The notes under the pieces are model-generated. The model was given only the letters and a program-made list of their open reading frames with translations. It did not search any database and was not told where the DNA came from. A program made the translations under genes and the position numbers. This document shows, piece by piece, positions 1 to 9,918 of a stretch of DNA of 64,000 nt. Origin of the DNA: an uncultured Acidobacteriota bacterium (GTDB lineage: Bacteria; Acidobacteriota; Vicinamibacteria; Vicinamibacterales; SCN-69-37); contig CAVRWQ010000011.1 of NCBI GenBank assembly GCA_963724955.1, positions 314,357-378,356 on the forward strand, in the 5' to 3' direction. Position 1 is the first letter of the stretch, and the number at the start of each line of letters is the position of its first letter.

Positions 1-437
1 CCGGTTGCGCCTGCCAGCCAGACGGCGCCCGGCTGGACGCGCCGGGCCGGCCCGCGCGGGCCGTCGACGGTGAACGCGGCCGGATGGCCATCGGCCATCT
101 CCCGCCTCAGTCGCGCGAGCGCGCGCGCGCCGCCGCGTGACGTCGAGCCGCGTGCCGCGCGGTACCCGAACCGGCGCATCAGGCGCGCCACCCACTCGCC
201 ATCGAAGTTCTCACTGGTCATCGCGACGATGCCCCGATCGCGAAAGTACAGCGTCGCGGCGAATATCCGTCCGTGCCAGAGCGCGAGGATCGGCTGCCGG
301 CCCTCGCGCACAACGCCGGCGAGATGTTGCGTCCCGTCCTCGCGCCAGTGATACGTCGCGCCCAGCGCCTCGACGAGCGGCATCCCGAGCGCCCCAATCG
401 CCGCGGCCTGAAACCGCTTGGTCCGCGAAAGGGTCAC
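1..437 (-). CDS. DUF374-type lysophospholipid acyltransferase family protein (3' end lies beyond window)
   Basis: Own translation of the minus strand from GTG at 437: VTLSRTKRFQAAAIGALGMPLVEALGATYHWREDGTQHLAGVVREGRQPILALWHGRIFAATLYFRDRGIVAMTSENFDGEWVARLMRRFGYRAARGSTSRGGARALARLRREMADGHPAAFTVDGPRGP... The WHGR / S.DGE / RGS.SRGG / DGPRGP pattern matches DUF374 as I recall it. The GTG overlaps the ETF-QO stop (ATGTGA). Absent from the ORF track because there is no stop inside the window. Confidence 0.6.
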   Translation of the reverse strand, partial: MTLSRTKRFQAAAIGALGMPLVEALGATYHWREDGTQHLAGVVREGRQPILALWHGRIFAATLYFRDRGIVAMTSENFDGEWVARLMRRFGYRAARGSTSRGGARALARLRREMADGHPAAFTVDGPRGPARRVQPGAVWLAGAT

Positions 438-2101
438 ATGCCTTCGTACTGGGGGCCTTCGCCGCCTTCAGGCGGCACCCAGTCGATGATCTGGTACGGG
501 TCCATGATGTCGCACGTCTTGCAGTGCACGCAGTTCGACGCGTTGATGTGCAGCTTCTTCCCGCCGCTGCCGTCGTCCACCATCTCATAAACCGCAGCCG
601 GGCAGAACCGCGTGCACGGGTTGCCGTACTCGACACGGCAGCGCGTCCGGCAGATGTCGGTGTCGTGGACGATCAGGTGCGACGGCTGATCCTCGGTGTG
701 TCGCGTGCCCGAGTAGTGCACGTTCGTCAGTCGATCGAACGTCAGGCGGCGATCGATCTTCACCGGCGTGGCCGGCGCGTCGATCGGCGGCGGTTGGCCG
801 TTGTAGTACTGCGCGAGCGTCCGCATCCGTTCGTGGCCGGCGTGCGACGGCATCGGATCGGAGACCCACCAGCCTCGAGTGGCGAGCGCCACCCCGGCGT
901 ACAGCAGGCCCGCGGGCAAGCCGTGCGAGAAGGCCTGGTGCACGTTGCGAACCGGATACAACTCGCGGCGCACAGCACTCCCGTCGATCAGTTGCTGGTA
1001 GCGCTCGAGCTTCGCCGCTGACACGTCGCCGGCACGCACGGCTTCGAACGCAGCTTCCGCCGCGAGCATGCCGGTGCGCATGGCCAGGTGAATGCCCTTG
1101 AGGCGCATCGAGTTCATGAACCCGCCCGCGTCGCCCGCGATGAGCGCGCCGCTCATGTGCACGCGCGGCGCCGTGTGCCATCCACCCTCCGGAAGCGCCT
1201 TCGCGCCGTATCGCACGAGCTTGCCGTCTTTCAGCAGGTCCGACACGAACGGATGCAGCTTGAAGCGCTGATACGTGAGGTGCGGATCGAACATCGGGTC
1301 GCGATAGTCGAGACCCGCGACGAACCCGACCGAGACCAGGCCATCCGGCATCGCGTAGATGAAGGCGCCGCCGAACTCCTCGAAGCGCAGCGGATAGCCC
1401 ATCGTGTGCATGACGGTACCGGCAGCCAGGCGATCCTTCGGCAGTTCCCACAGTTCTTTGATCCCAAGGGCGTACGTCTGCGGGAGGCGTCCTTCGTCCA
1501 GCTTCAGCGTCCGCACGAGCGTCTTCGTCAGATTGCCGCGCACGCCGTCGCAGAAGATCGTCACCTTCGCGCGCACGTCAACCCCCGGCTCGAAGTTCGA
1601 CTTGCGTTGCCCGTGCTTGTCGACGCCGCGATCGCCGGTCCTCACCCCGACGACGGTCGAGCCGTCGAAGAGCACTTCGGAGGCGCCAAACCCGCTGAAG
1701 ATGTCGACACCGGCGGCCTCAACCTTCCCGGCGAGCCACTTCACGAAGCGGTTGATGGAGATGATGTAGTTGCCGTGATTCTTGAGCGGCGGCGGCGTGA
1801 TCGGAAACCGGAACTTCGCGGTGCGGGTCAGGAAGTACACGAAATCGTGGTGAACCGTCGCAGCGAGCGGCGCGCCCTGCGTCTCGAAATCCGGAATCAG
1901 ATCGCGGAGCGCCGACGGGTCGAGGACGGCGCCGGACAGCTCGTGCGCGGCCGGGTCGCGCGCTTTCTCGAGCACGGCGATCGCCAGAGGGTCGCCGCCG
2001 CGCGCCTGCTGCAACTGGGCGAGTCGGAGGGCTGCGGACATGCCTGCCGGGCCTCCGCCTACGATCAGGATGTCCAGATCGAGCGTCTCGCGTTCAGTCA
2101 C
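434..2101 (-). CDS. electron-transfer flavoprotein:ubiquinone oxidoreductase (ETF-QO)
   Basis: Intact 555-aa ORF. N-terminal FAD fold ILIVGGGPAGMSAAL. C-terminal ferredoxin-like NCVHCKTCDIMDP and the WVPPEGGEGPQYEGM tail typical of ETF-QO. Confidence 0.9.
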   Translation of the reverse strand: MTERETLDLDILIVGGGPAGMSAALRLAQLQQARGGDPLAIAVLEKARDPAAHELSGAVLDPSALRDLIPDFETQGAPLAATVHHDFVYFLTRTAKFRFPITPPPLKNHGNYIISINRFVKWLAGKVEAAGVDIFSGFGASEVLFDGSTVVGVRTGDRGVDKHGQRKSNFEPGVDVRAKVTIFCDGVRGNLTKTLVRTLKLDEGRLPQTYALGIKELWELPKDRLAAGTVMHTMGYPLRFEEFGGAFIYAMPDGLVSVGFVAGLDYRDPMFDPHLTYQRFKLHPFVSDLLKDGKLVRYGAKALPEGGWHTAPRVHMSGALIAGDAGGFMNSMRLKGIHLAMRTGMLAAEAAFEAVRAGDVSAAKLERYQQLIDGSAVRRELYPVRNVHQAFSHGLPAGLLYAGVALATRGWWVSDPMPSHAGHERMRTLAQYYNGQPPPIDAPATPVKIDRRLTFDRLTNVHYSGTRHTEDQPSHLIVHDTDICRTRCRVEYGNPCTRFCPAAVYEMVDDGSGGKKLHINASNCVHCKTCDIMDPYQIIDWVPPEGGEGPQYEGM

Positions 2102-2125
2102 TACGGAACATCATATCTCCGACGA

Positions 2126-3079
2126 TCAGCCGCCGAAGTACCCGCGCTTTGCGCGAACGGTGTACCGCTTTTCGGTCAGCCGCGTCAGCTTGACCGCGAC
2201 GTCGTGCCAGCCGTACCGCGGCACGCCGGAGAGCGTGTAGCGCAGGACATAGCTCTGGCGAAAATCTTCGAACACGCGCTTGAATCCATCGACAGCGTCG
2301 TCGAACTCGCCGGGCAGATGCAGGTCCCCGCCAGTCTCTTCTGCGGCCGTGCGGAGCGCTTTCGCCGTCGGCGGCGGCGAGCCTGGATACCCCGCCAGCA
2401 CGATGTGCAGGACGGACTCGGCCCGGGTCGCGACGGCAGAGACCGTGGCCGCATCCACGACGCTCGCGGTATCCACGCCGTCCGTGAACGCCACGACCAG
2501 GCGTCGCCGCCCATGCGTGGGCGGCTGGACCAGCGCCAGCAGCAGCGCATCGTGGAGCGACGTCGTGTTTCCCGCCGAGATGCGGCTGTCTTTCAGCGCT
2601 TCGCCGCCCACGCGGTAGGGCACGACTTCGACGATGTCCGTCGCGAACGTGATGAGCCGGGCCCGATCCTTCTCCCGCAGCATCGCCACGATCTGTTGCG
2701 CCCTCGCTCTGAACCGATCGACGACCGAGATGGTGCTGGGACTGACGTCGAGGATCAGCGTGAGGTCGACCGGAACCTCTTCGATGACGATCGCGTCGAT
2801 CGATTGCCGGACACCGTTGTCGAGCAACTCGAAGTCGGCAGCCGTCAGCCCCTTGACCGGCGTCTTGCCGGCCCGTACCGCGACATCCACTTCGACGACG
2901 TCGGTCGCGGCGCGGAAGACCTGGGGCGCGGCGCCGGGCGTCGCGGCCCAGACAGCCAGTACAACAAGCAAAAGGACGGGTCTCGACTTGTGGAAAACTC
3001 CAGCAACTCCAAAGGGGACGGGTCTCCCCCTGTGGAAAAGTCCCGCAACTCTGACAACTGGGTTGCAGGACTTTTCCAC
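2126..3079 (-). CDS. secreted VWA-domain protein (Acidobacterial VWFA-related, TIGR03436-like), paralog 1
   Basis: ORF 2126..3175. Colinear with the 9034..9918 paralog (KGL.A.DFEL.DNGVRQ, MIDAS-like DVSPS, FTDG, YTVRAKRGY tail). Hydrophobic signal RPVLLLVVLAVWAATPGAAP. The start is uncertain: the only in-frame GTG is at 3079 (aagggga upstream), and a TTG near 2974 is also possible. Confidence 0.75.
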   Translation of the reverse strand: MEKSCNPVVRVAGLFHRGRPVPFGVAGVFHKSRPVLLLVVLAVWAATPGAAPQVFRAATDVVEVDVAVRAGKTPVKGLTAADFELLDNGVRQSIDAIVIEEVPVDLTLILDVSPSTISVVDRFRARAQQIVAMLREKDRARLITFATDIVEVVPYRVGGEALKDSRISAGNTTSLHDALLLALVQPPTHGRRRLVVAFTDGVDTASVVDAATVSAVATRAESVLHIVLAGYPGSPPPTAKALRTAAEETGGDLHLPGEFDDAVDGFKRVFEDFRQSYVLRYTLSGVPRYGWHDVAVKLTRLTEKRYTVRAKRGYFGG

Positions 3080-3097
3080 AGGCGGAGACCCGTCCCC
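2971..3097. repeat. three copies of a ~30-nt unit (two direct, one inverted) at the junction of the TPR-like and VWA genes
   Basis: aaaggacgggtctcgacttgtggaaaactcc (2971-3001), ggggacgggtctccccctgtggaaaagtcc (3014-3043) and the inverted ggacttttccacaggcggagacccgtcccc (3068-3097). The last two form a 30-bp stem with 1 mismatch and a 24-nt loop, ending 3 nt from the upstream stop codon. Confidence 0.8.
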
Positions 3098-3099
3098 TT

Positions 3100-4353
3100 T
3101 CACTTCAGTTCCGCCCTCAACTGCGCGATGAACAGCGGATAGAGCCGGTAATCGCCCAGCTTGTAGGTGCGCCACGGATCGAGCGGCGCCGTCTCGCCGT
3201 TGAAGAACAGTTGCACAATCGCGATCGCCTCGTCCTGGTGTCCTTCGGTGAACAGGCGCGCGGCGAGGAGCGACGTCGCCGATTGCGCGCGTGGGACGAT
3301 GTCGAGCGCGGCGCGATAGGCCGCGATCGCCTCAGCCACGCGGCCCTGCCGATCGCGAATCACGCCGGTGAGCAGATACGCCATATAGGCGAGATGCGGG
3401 TCGCGCGTCGACTCGATGACGTCCTGGAGATGGCCGAGCGCGTCCTCACGGTCCGCCAACCGGAACGCGATGTGGGCCAGCCGCAGATGCGCCTCGGCCG
3501 AGACCGAGTCGTGGCGCGTCAAGTCGGCGTACCGGGTTCGAAGCGCTCGCACTTCCGGAATGCCCGCGAGATAGAGCTCGGCGAGGCGCGCGTTCCACGA
3601 TCCCACACGCTGCGACCCATTCTCGCCCATGACCCGGCCCGCCTTCACGCGATCGATGTAGTCGGTGTCGATCTCGCCGGGCAGCAGGCTCGTGCGTTGA
3701 TTGGCATCGCGACCGTGCCCGCCGACGACCGAGTTCTGGTTGTCGAGCGAGATCGCGGCGGCCATGGCGAAGCGCGGTTCCGATGGAAAACGCGCCAGGG
3801 CATGGCCGATGTGCCCGAGCATCGGTTCCTGCTGGAACGGATCGCGGCTCAGTCGCGGCGCCTGCCCCTTCGGCGCCGTTCGCCCGGTCAGCAGGTGCCA
3901 ATCGTCCGCGCCGGAGATGGTGGCGACCGCCGCCAAATGCCACAGCCGCTCGGCGGCCTCGGGAACAGGATTGGCGCGGAGCTGAATGCATCCCCAGGTA
4001 ATCAGCCGGCTGCCCCAGGCCCAGTTCGTCGGACCGCCGCCCACCCACTTGCTGGCGACCTCGAGCGCAAACGTCGCGGCGACGAGGCGACGCCGGCCGA
4101 TGCCCGACCGATCGGCCTCGATCCACCGGCGCGCCTGATCCTCGAACGCACGCACCGACCGATCGACGCCGGGCCGCTGTGCAAACGTCGCCGCGGCACC
4201 GATGTTGCCGAGCGCATATTGGTCGAGGAGCGCCAGGACGTTGAGCGGTGGCTGAGATGGGGATGGGTTTGTCTGGGCCCTGCCGGTGGCCACAACGCAA
4301 GCCACCAGGGCACAGCCCAGGGCCAGACGTATGGTCGAGTGGGTCCGAAACAT
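3100..4353 (-). CDS. secreted TPR-like repeat protein, paralog 1 (function unknown)
   Basis: Intact 417-aa ORF. Signal peptide MFRTHSTIRLALGCALVACVVATGRAQ. The C-terminal ~130 aa are helical-repeat-like (AIAAYRAALDIVPRAQSATSLLAARLF) and colinear with ORF 9915..11111. Confidence 0.7.
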   Translation of the reverse strand: MFRTHSTIRLALGCALVACVVATGRAQTNPSPSQPPLNVLALLDQYALGNIGAAATFAQRPGVDRSVRAFEDQARRWIEADRSGIGRRRLVAATFALEVASKWVGGGPTNWAWGSRLITWGCIQLRANPVPEAAERLWHLAAVATISGADDWHLLTGRTAPKGQAPRLSRDPFQQEPMLGHIGHALARFPSEPRFAMAAAISLDNQNSVVGGHGRDANQRTSLLPGEIDTDYIDRVKAGRVMGENGSQRVGSWNARLAELYLAGIPEVRALRTRYADLTRHDSVSAEAHLRLAHIAFRLADREDALGHLQDVIESTRDPHLAYMAYLLTGVIRDRQGRVAEAIAAYRAALDIVPRAQSATSLLAARLFTEGHQDEAIAIVQLFFNGETAPLDPWRTYKLGDYRLYPLFIAQLRAELK

Positions 4354-4482
4354 CGGCCGTCCTGCTAGTAAAGGCGTGATTATGCCACCTCAGCTAGAAC
4401 GCTCTGTAAGAAATCCGTGGGTTTTCGCTAGGATTGAAAGACTCCGCGAAGCCCGCGACGATCAGGAGCGGCGCTGAGCGAC

Positions 4483-4579
4483 GCGAGCGGGGGGGCCCCG
4501 CGTATGAAAAGTTGACCGCCGAAGGGCGAGCGTAGCGAGCCCGTGAGGCGCTGCGAGCGGGGGTGGGGCCCCCGCGAGC
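4483..4579. repeat. GC-rich hairpin repeats in the divergent intergenic region upstream of lhr
   Basis: gcgagcgggggggccccgcg (4483-4502) and gcgagcgggggtggggcccccgcgagc (4553-4579). The second recurs inverted at 11196-11221, differing by one C. Confidence 0.6.
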
Positions 4580-4588
4580 CACTAAAAA

Positions 4589-7500
4589 ATGTCACTCGAC
4601 TGGGCCCATCCTATCGTCCGGCAGTGGTTTCTGGGGCGGTTCGGCTCTCCGACCGAGCCGCAGCTCGCGGGATGGCCGCACATCCTCGCGAACCATGACA
4701 CGCTGATTTCTGCGCCCACCGGGTCGGGCAAGACGCTGGCGGCATTTCTTGCGTGCCTGGACCGTCTGGTCCGGCAGGCGGTGGACGGGACGCTCGAAGA
4801 CCGCACTGACGTCCTCTACATCTCGCCGCTCAAAGCGCTCGGCAACGACATCCAGAAGAACCTCGACGGCCCGCTCGCGGACATCGTCGCGCTGGCGCGT
4901 GAGCACGGGCACACCCTGCCCGAGATCCGCACGGCCGTCCGGACAGGCGACACGTTGATGCCGGCGCGGCAGGCCATGCTGAAGCGGCCGCCGCACATTC
5001 TCGTCACGACTCCGGAATCGCTGTTCATCCTGCTCACGGCCGAACGGAGCCGCGAGATGCTCCGCAGCGTTCGGACCGTCATCGTCGACGAAATCCACGC
5101 GGTCGCCGACGACAAGCGCGGATCGCATCTCGCGCTGTCGCTCGAGCGGCTCGATGCGCTGACAGGCCGGCGCGTGCCACGCATCGGCCTGTCGGCGACG
5201 CAAAAGCCGATCGAGCTCGTCGGGCAGTTTCTGTCGGGGTCCGGCCGGCCGGCGCCGACGATCGTGCAGATCAGCACCCGGCGCGCGTTCGACCTGGCGG
5301 TCGAGGTGCCCAGGAGCGAGCTGGGTCCGATCGCCACGCACGAGCTGTGGGGTGAGGTGTACGATCGGCTCGTCGAGCTCAGCAGCCAGCATCGATCGAC
5401 CCTGGTGTTCGTCAACACGCGACGGTTGACCGAGCGCGTCGCGCACAACCTGGCCGAGCGCCTGGGACACGAGCTGGTCGCCGCGCATCATGGCAGCCTC
5501 TCGCGCCGGACGCGGCTGCTCGCAGAACAGCGGCTCAAGAACGGCGAGCTGCGGATTCTCGTCGCGACGGCCTCGCTCGAGCTGGGCATCGACATCGGCC
5601 ATGTCGATCTGGTCTGCCAGATCGGGTCACCTCGTTCCATTGCGGGCGCCGTGCAGCGCATCGGTCGCGCCGGGCACTGGCGAGGCGCGGTGCCCAAAGG
5701 CCGCCTGTTCGCGACGTCGCGGGACGAGCTGGTCGAGTGTGCTGCGCTCGTGCTCGCGATGCGCAACGGCGAGCTGGATCGGCTCATCGTGCCCGACGCG
5801 CCGCTCGATATCCTCGCCCAGCAGATCGTCGCGACCTGCGCCGCGGACGAGTGGGGCGAGGACGACCTCTACACGCTCGTCCGGCGCGCCTGGCCGTACC
5901 GCGATCTCTCGCGCGCCGATTTCGACGCGATCGTCGAGATGCTCTCGGAGGGCATTGCCGCGCGCCGCGGCCGGTACGGCGCGTACCTGCATCGCGATCG
6001 GGTGAACGGCCGGCTGCGCAGCCGGCGCGGTGGCCGCCTTGCGGCGATCACCGGCGGCGGCGCCATCCCGGACACGGCCCTCTATTCCGTCGTCGTCGAG
6101 CCGGAAGGCACGGTGGTCGGCACGGTTGACGAAGACTTCGCGGTCGAGAGCACGGCGGGCGACATCATGCTGCTCGGCAACGCGTCGTGGCGGATTCGCC
6201 GCGTCGGGTCGGGACGTGTGATCGTCGAGGACGCGCACGGCGCGGCGCCGACGATCCCGTTCTGGCGCGGTGAGGCGCCGGCCCGGACCGTCGAGCTGTC
6301 GGAACACGTCGCCGACGTGCGATCGCGAGTCAGCGCGCTTGCGCCTGAGGCCAGACCTGGCGACGCGAACGAGAAGAAGCCGACGGCCGAAGCGGCCGTC
6401 GCGTGGCTCGAGACGCACTGCGGTCTCGATCGCGCCGGCGCGGAACAGGCCGTCGAGTACATCGTGGCGGGGCGCACCGTCCTCGGCGACGTCCCAACGA
6501 GAACGACCGTCATCGCCGAGCGCTTCTTCGACGAAGCCGGCGGGATGCAGCTCGTGATTCACGCGCCCTTCGGCGGCCGAATCAACAAGGCGTGGGGACT
6601 GGCGCTGCGCAAACGATTCTGCCGCTCGTTCAACTTCGAGCTGCAGGCGGCGGCGACCGACGATGGCATCAACATCTCACTCGCAGAACAGCACAGCTTT
6701 CCGCTCGCAGACGTGTTTCGATTCCTGAGTCCCGTCACGGTGCAGGAGGTGCTGGAGCAAGCCGTGCTGCCCTCGCCGATCTTCGGCACGCGCTGGCGTT
6801 GGGACGCCAGCCGGTCGCTCGCCCTTCAGCGATTCAGGAACGGCCGGCGCGTGCCCATTCAGATTCAGCGGATGCAGTCGGACGACCTGCTCGCGTCGGT
6901 TTTCCCCGACGCGGCCGCGTGCCAGGAGAACATCGAAGGCGACATCAAGATTCCCGACCATCCACTGATTCGGGAAGTGATGAAGGACGTCCTCACCGAG
7001 GCGATGGACATCGACGGGTTGAAGGACGTGCTCGCGCAGCTTGGCGACGGGCGCGTTCGCGCCGTGGCCGTCGATACGCCGGTGCCGTCGCAGTTCTCGC
7101 ACGAGATCCTGAACGCGAACCCGTTCGCGTATCTGGACGACGCGCCGCTCGAGGAACGGCGCGCGCGGGCGGTCGAGATGCGGCGCGTGCTGCCCGCGTC
7201 GGTGCTCGAGGAAGTCGGGCGGCTGGATCCGGAAGCGATCGCCGAGGTCACGGCCGAGGCGTGGCCCGACGTGCGCGACGCCGACGAGCTGCAGGACGCG
7301 CTGCAGACGTTGATCGCGCTGCCCGAGCCGATGGGCGCTGCCTGGACCGCATGGTTCGACGAGCTGGTCGCCGAGCGCCGCGCGGCACGCGCGATCGCCG
7401 GCGGGCGCACGTTCTGGGTGTCGGCCGAGCGTGGCAAGACGTTCCGGCCGCTCTTCCCCGCGGCGACGTTCGAGACGGTGCTGCCGGACGTGCAACCCGC

Positions 7501-8933
7501 GACGCCCGAGCGTCACGACGCGATGTCAGCGCTCGTGCACGGCTGGATGTCGCACTCCGGGCCGATCACCGCGCAGGAACTCGGAGAGCGTCTTGGGCTC
7601 GACACGTCAGACATCGACGAGGCGTTGCTTCGGCTCGAAGCGAGCGGCACCGTCCTTCGCGGGCGTTTCAGGACCACGCCCGAAGCAGCGAAAGCCGCGC
7701 CGGTCGGCGCGGCTCGCGACGCGCGGGCACGCGTCCGCAAGCGAGCGAGCCGGGAGTCCGAGGGGCGAAGCCCCTCGGAGAGAAGTTGAATGGTGCGAGC
7801 GGCGCCTGCTCGCCAGAATTCACCGGCTCACGCTGGGCCGGCTGCGGCGCGAGATCGAACCCGTCACCGCCTCGACGTTCATGCGGTGGCTGTTCTCGTG
7901 GCAGCACCTCGCACCCGGCACGCAGACATTCGCGGATCGCGGCACGCTCGCCGTGCTCGAGCAGTTGCAGGGCTTCGAGGCGCCGGCCAACGCCTGGGAG
8001 CCGTGGCTGCTCGCGCGGCGCATCGCGCAGTACGACCCGAAGGTGCTCGACCAGCTCTGTCTCGCCGGCGCGGTGGGGTGGGGCCGGCTGTCGCCGCATC
8101 CGGCGGTCCTCGGCGCGGCGGCTGCGACGTCGCCCACGTTGACCGACGGCTCGCGGCCTCGCCGCGTCGTGCCGACCAGCGTCGCGCCGATCACGTTCTT
8201 CATCCGCGATGCGTCTGACTGGATGATGGCGCGGCACGACATCGACGAGACCGCCGGCATTCCCGGACTCAGCCGCCACGGACGGGACGTCCTCTCGTTC
8301 CTGCGGCGCGCAGGCGCGTCGTTCTTCCCCGACATCGTGCGCGGCATCCGCCTCCTCAAGTCCGAGGTCGAGACCGGCCTCTGGGAACTCGTCGCGGCCG
8401 GTCTCGTCACGGCCGACGGCTTCGACAACCTGCGGGCGCTCATCGATCCGCGCCGCCGCAGCGGACACGGCTCGGGCAAGACGTCGCGCCCGCGTCACAG
8501 CACCGGACGCTGGGCGCTGCTCTACGCGAGCGAGCCGCCCGATCGCGCCGTCGCGATCGAAGCGACGTGCTGGATGCTGCTCCGGCGTTACGGCGTCGTG
8601 TTCCGCGAGCTGCTCGCGCGCGAGACGATTCTTCCAGCCTGGCGCGAAGTGCTGATCGCCTTCCGCCGGCTCGAAGATCGCGGCGAGATTCGTGGCGGAC
8701 GCTTCGTGAACGGATTCATCGGCGAGCAGTTCGCGCTGCCGGTCGCCGTCGAATCGCTTCGAGCCCTGCGCCATGTCGCGCCCTCGGGCGAGACGATCAC
8801 GGTCTCTGCTTCAGATCCGTTGAATCTCGTCGGCGTGATCGTGCCGGGCGAGCGCGTGCCGGCGATCTCCGGCCGGCTCGTGACGTTCCGAGACGGCGCG
8901 CCAGTCGAGACAAAGACTCACCATGAAGAATGA
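4589..8933 (+). CDS. lhr: Lhr-type DEAD/DEAH-box ATP-dependent helicase, reading frame interrupted near 7673-7781
   Basis: ORF 4589..7789 carries the helicase motifs (APTGSGKT, DEIH, SAT, HHGSLS, QRIGRAGH) and the Lhr-specific middle region. ORF 7431..8933 continues in the +1 frame from EVEWCERRLLARIHRLTLGRLRREIEPV to the C-terminus. Joined length is ~1450 aa, typical for Lhr. Confidence 0.85.
7757..7779. other. perfect 9-bp stem / 5-nt loop hairpin inside the lhr frame-break segment
   Basis: tccgagggg-cgaag-cccctcgga, read directly. It lies at the 3' end of the 109-nt non-homologous segment. Confidence 0.7.
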
Positions 8934-9011
8934 AGACATGAAGAAGATTGGCTAAGTTCGCTCGGTCAGAAAGAAGCCTAGAAGTTCTTCATGTTTCTCC
9001 ATGGTTCAGTC
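8915..9011. repeat. palindromic ~100-bp intergenic repeat, copy A ('HHEE element', MITE/REP-like)
   Basis: Left arm gactcaccatgaagaatgaagacatgaagaa, right arm ttcttcatgtttctccatggttcagtc. The left arm encodes the last lhr codons cac cat gaa gaa tga. Confidence 0.75.
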
Positions 9012-9033
9012 TTTTCGACAAGTGATTTTGGTA

Positions 9034-9918
9034 TTACTGAATTCCCGAATATCCCTGCCTTGCGCGGACCGTGTAGTCGCCGGGCTTCGTGATCTTGACG
9101 GCGATCTCGTGGAACCCGCCCGCGGGGACGCCCGTGGGCGCGTAGTAGAGCGTGTAGCTGTGGCGGAACGCGTCGAGCGTCGATCGGAAGGATGAGACGA
9201 CGCCGCGGTTTTCGCCGGTGGGCGGGTGCAGCACGCCGCCGGTGCGGGCGGCGGCTGTGGCGAGCGCGTCGAAGGCCGGGTTGGGCCACTCGTTGGGCGC
9301 CCCGCTCACGCGGACCAGCACGATGTTGAGGATCGCGTCGGTGCGGCCCGCCAACTCGGGAATCGCACCGTAGCTCATCACGCTCGCGTTGTCGTATCCG
9401 TCCGTGAACACGAACACGAGATGCCGGCGATCCGGCCGGCTCGCGCGCGCGAGCGCGAAGGTGAGCGCGTCGACGAGCGACGTCATGTCGCCGGTCGTGA
9501 TCCGATCGACCGGCAAGCTGCGCGAGGATGGCTGCATCGGAATGGCCTGCCGGACCTCGGTGTCGAACGTGAGGAGCCGCACCTGCTCGTCGGGCCGCAG
9601 CATCCCGGCGATTTCCTTCACGTCGGAACGGAATCGATCGAGGCTGCCGATGACGCTGCCGCTCGTGTCCACGACGAGGGTGACGTCCACGGCGAACGTC
9701 GCCGGCGAGACCGCGACGATCTGCTGTCGGACGCCGTTGTCGTAGAGCTCGAAATCGGCGAGGCCGAGGCCCTTCACGAATTCCTTGCCTCGAAGGACGG
9801 ACACGGGCACCGGCACCGAGTCGCTCACGGCGCGGAACGTCGGCCGCTGCGCGTCCTGCGCGGCGAGTCCTGCGCCGGCGAGCGCCATCAGCAGCACGTT
9901 CAGGACGCGCGCCCTCAT
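9034..9918 (-). CDS. secreted VWA-domain protein (TIGR03436-like), paralog 2
   Basis: Intact 294-aa ORF. Signal MRARVLNVLLMALAGAGLAAQ, MIDAS DTSGS, FTDGYDN, C-terminal YTVRARQGY. Its ATG overlaps the upstream stop (ATGA, 9915-9918). Confidence 0.8.
   Translation of the reverse strand: MRARVLNVLLMALAGAGLAAQDAQRPTFRAVSDSVPVPVSVLRGKEFVKGLGLADFELYDNGVRQQIVAVSPATFAVDVTLVVDTSGSVIGSLDRFRSDVKEIAGMLRPDEQVRLLTFDTEVRQAIPMQPSSRSLPVDRITTGDMTSLVDALTFALARASRPDRRHLVFVFTDGYDNASVMSYGAIPELAGRTDAILNIVLVRVSGAPNEWPNPAFDALATAAARTGGVLHPPTGENRGVVSSFRSTLDAFRHSYTLYYAPTGVPAGGFHEIAVKITKPGDYTVRARQGYSGIQ

Noticed and set aside
2971-3097. Possible mini-CRISPR array (30-nt repeats with short spacers)
   Set aside because: There are only three units, and one is inverted relative to the others. 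Spacers are 11-24 nt and themselves related. The repeats differ at several positions and are in-frame with the VWA ORF. No cas genes are present in the window.
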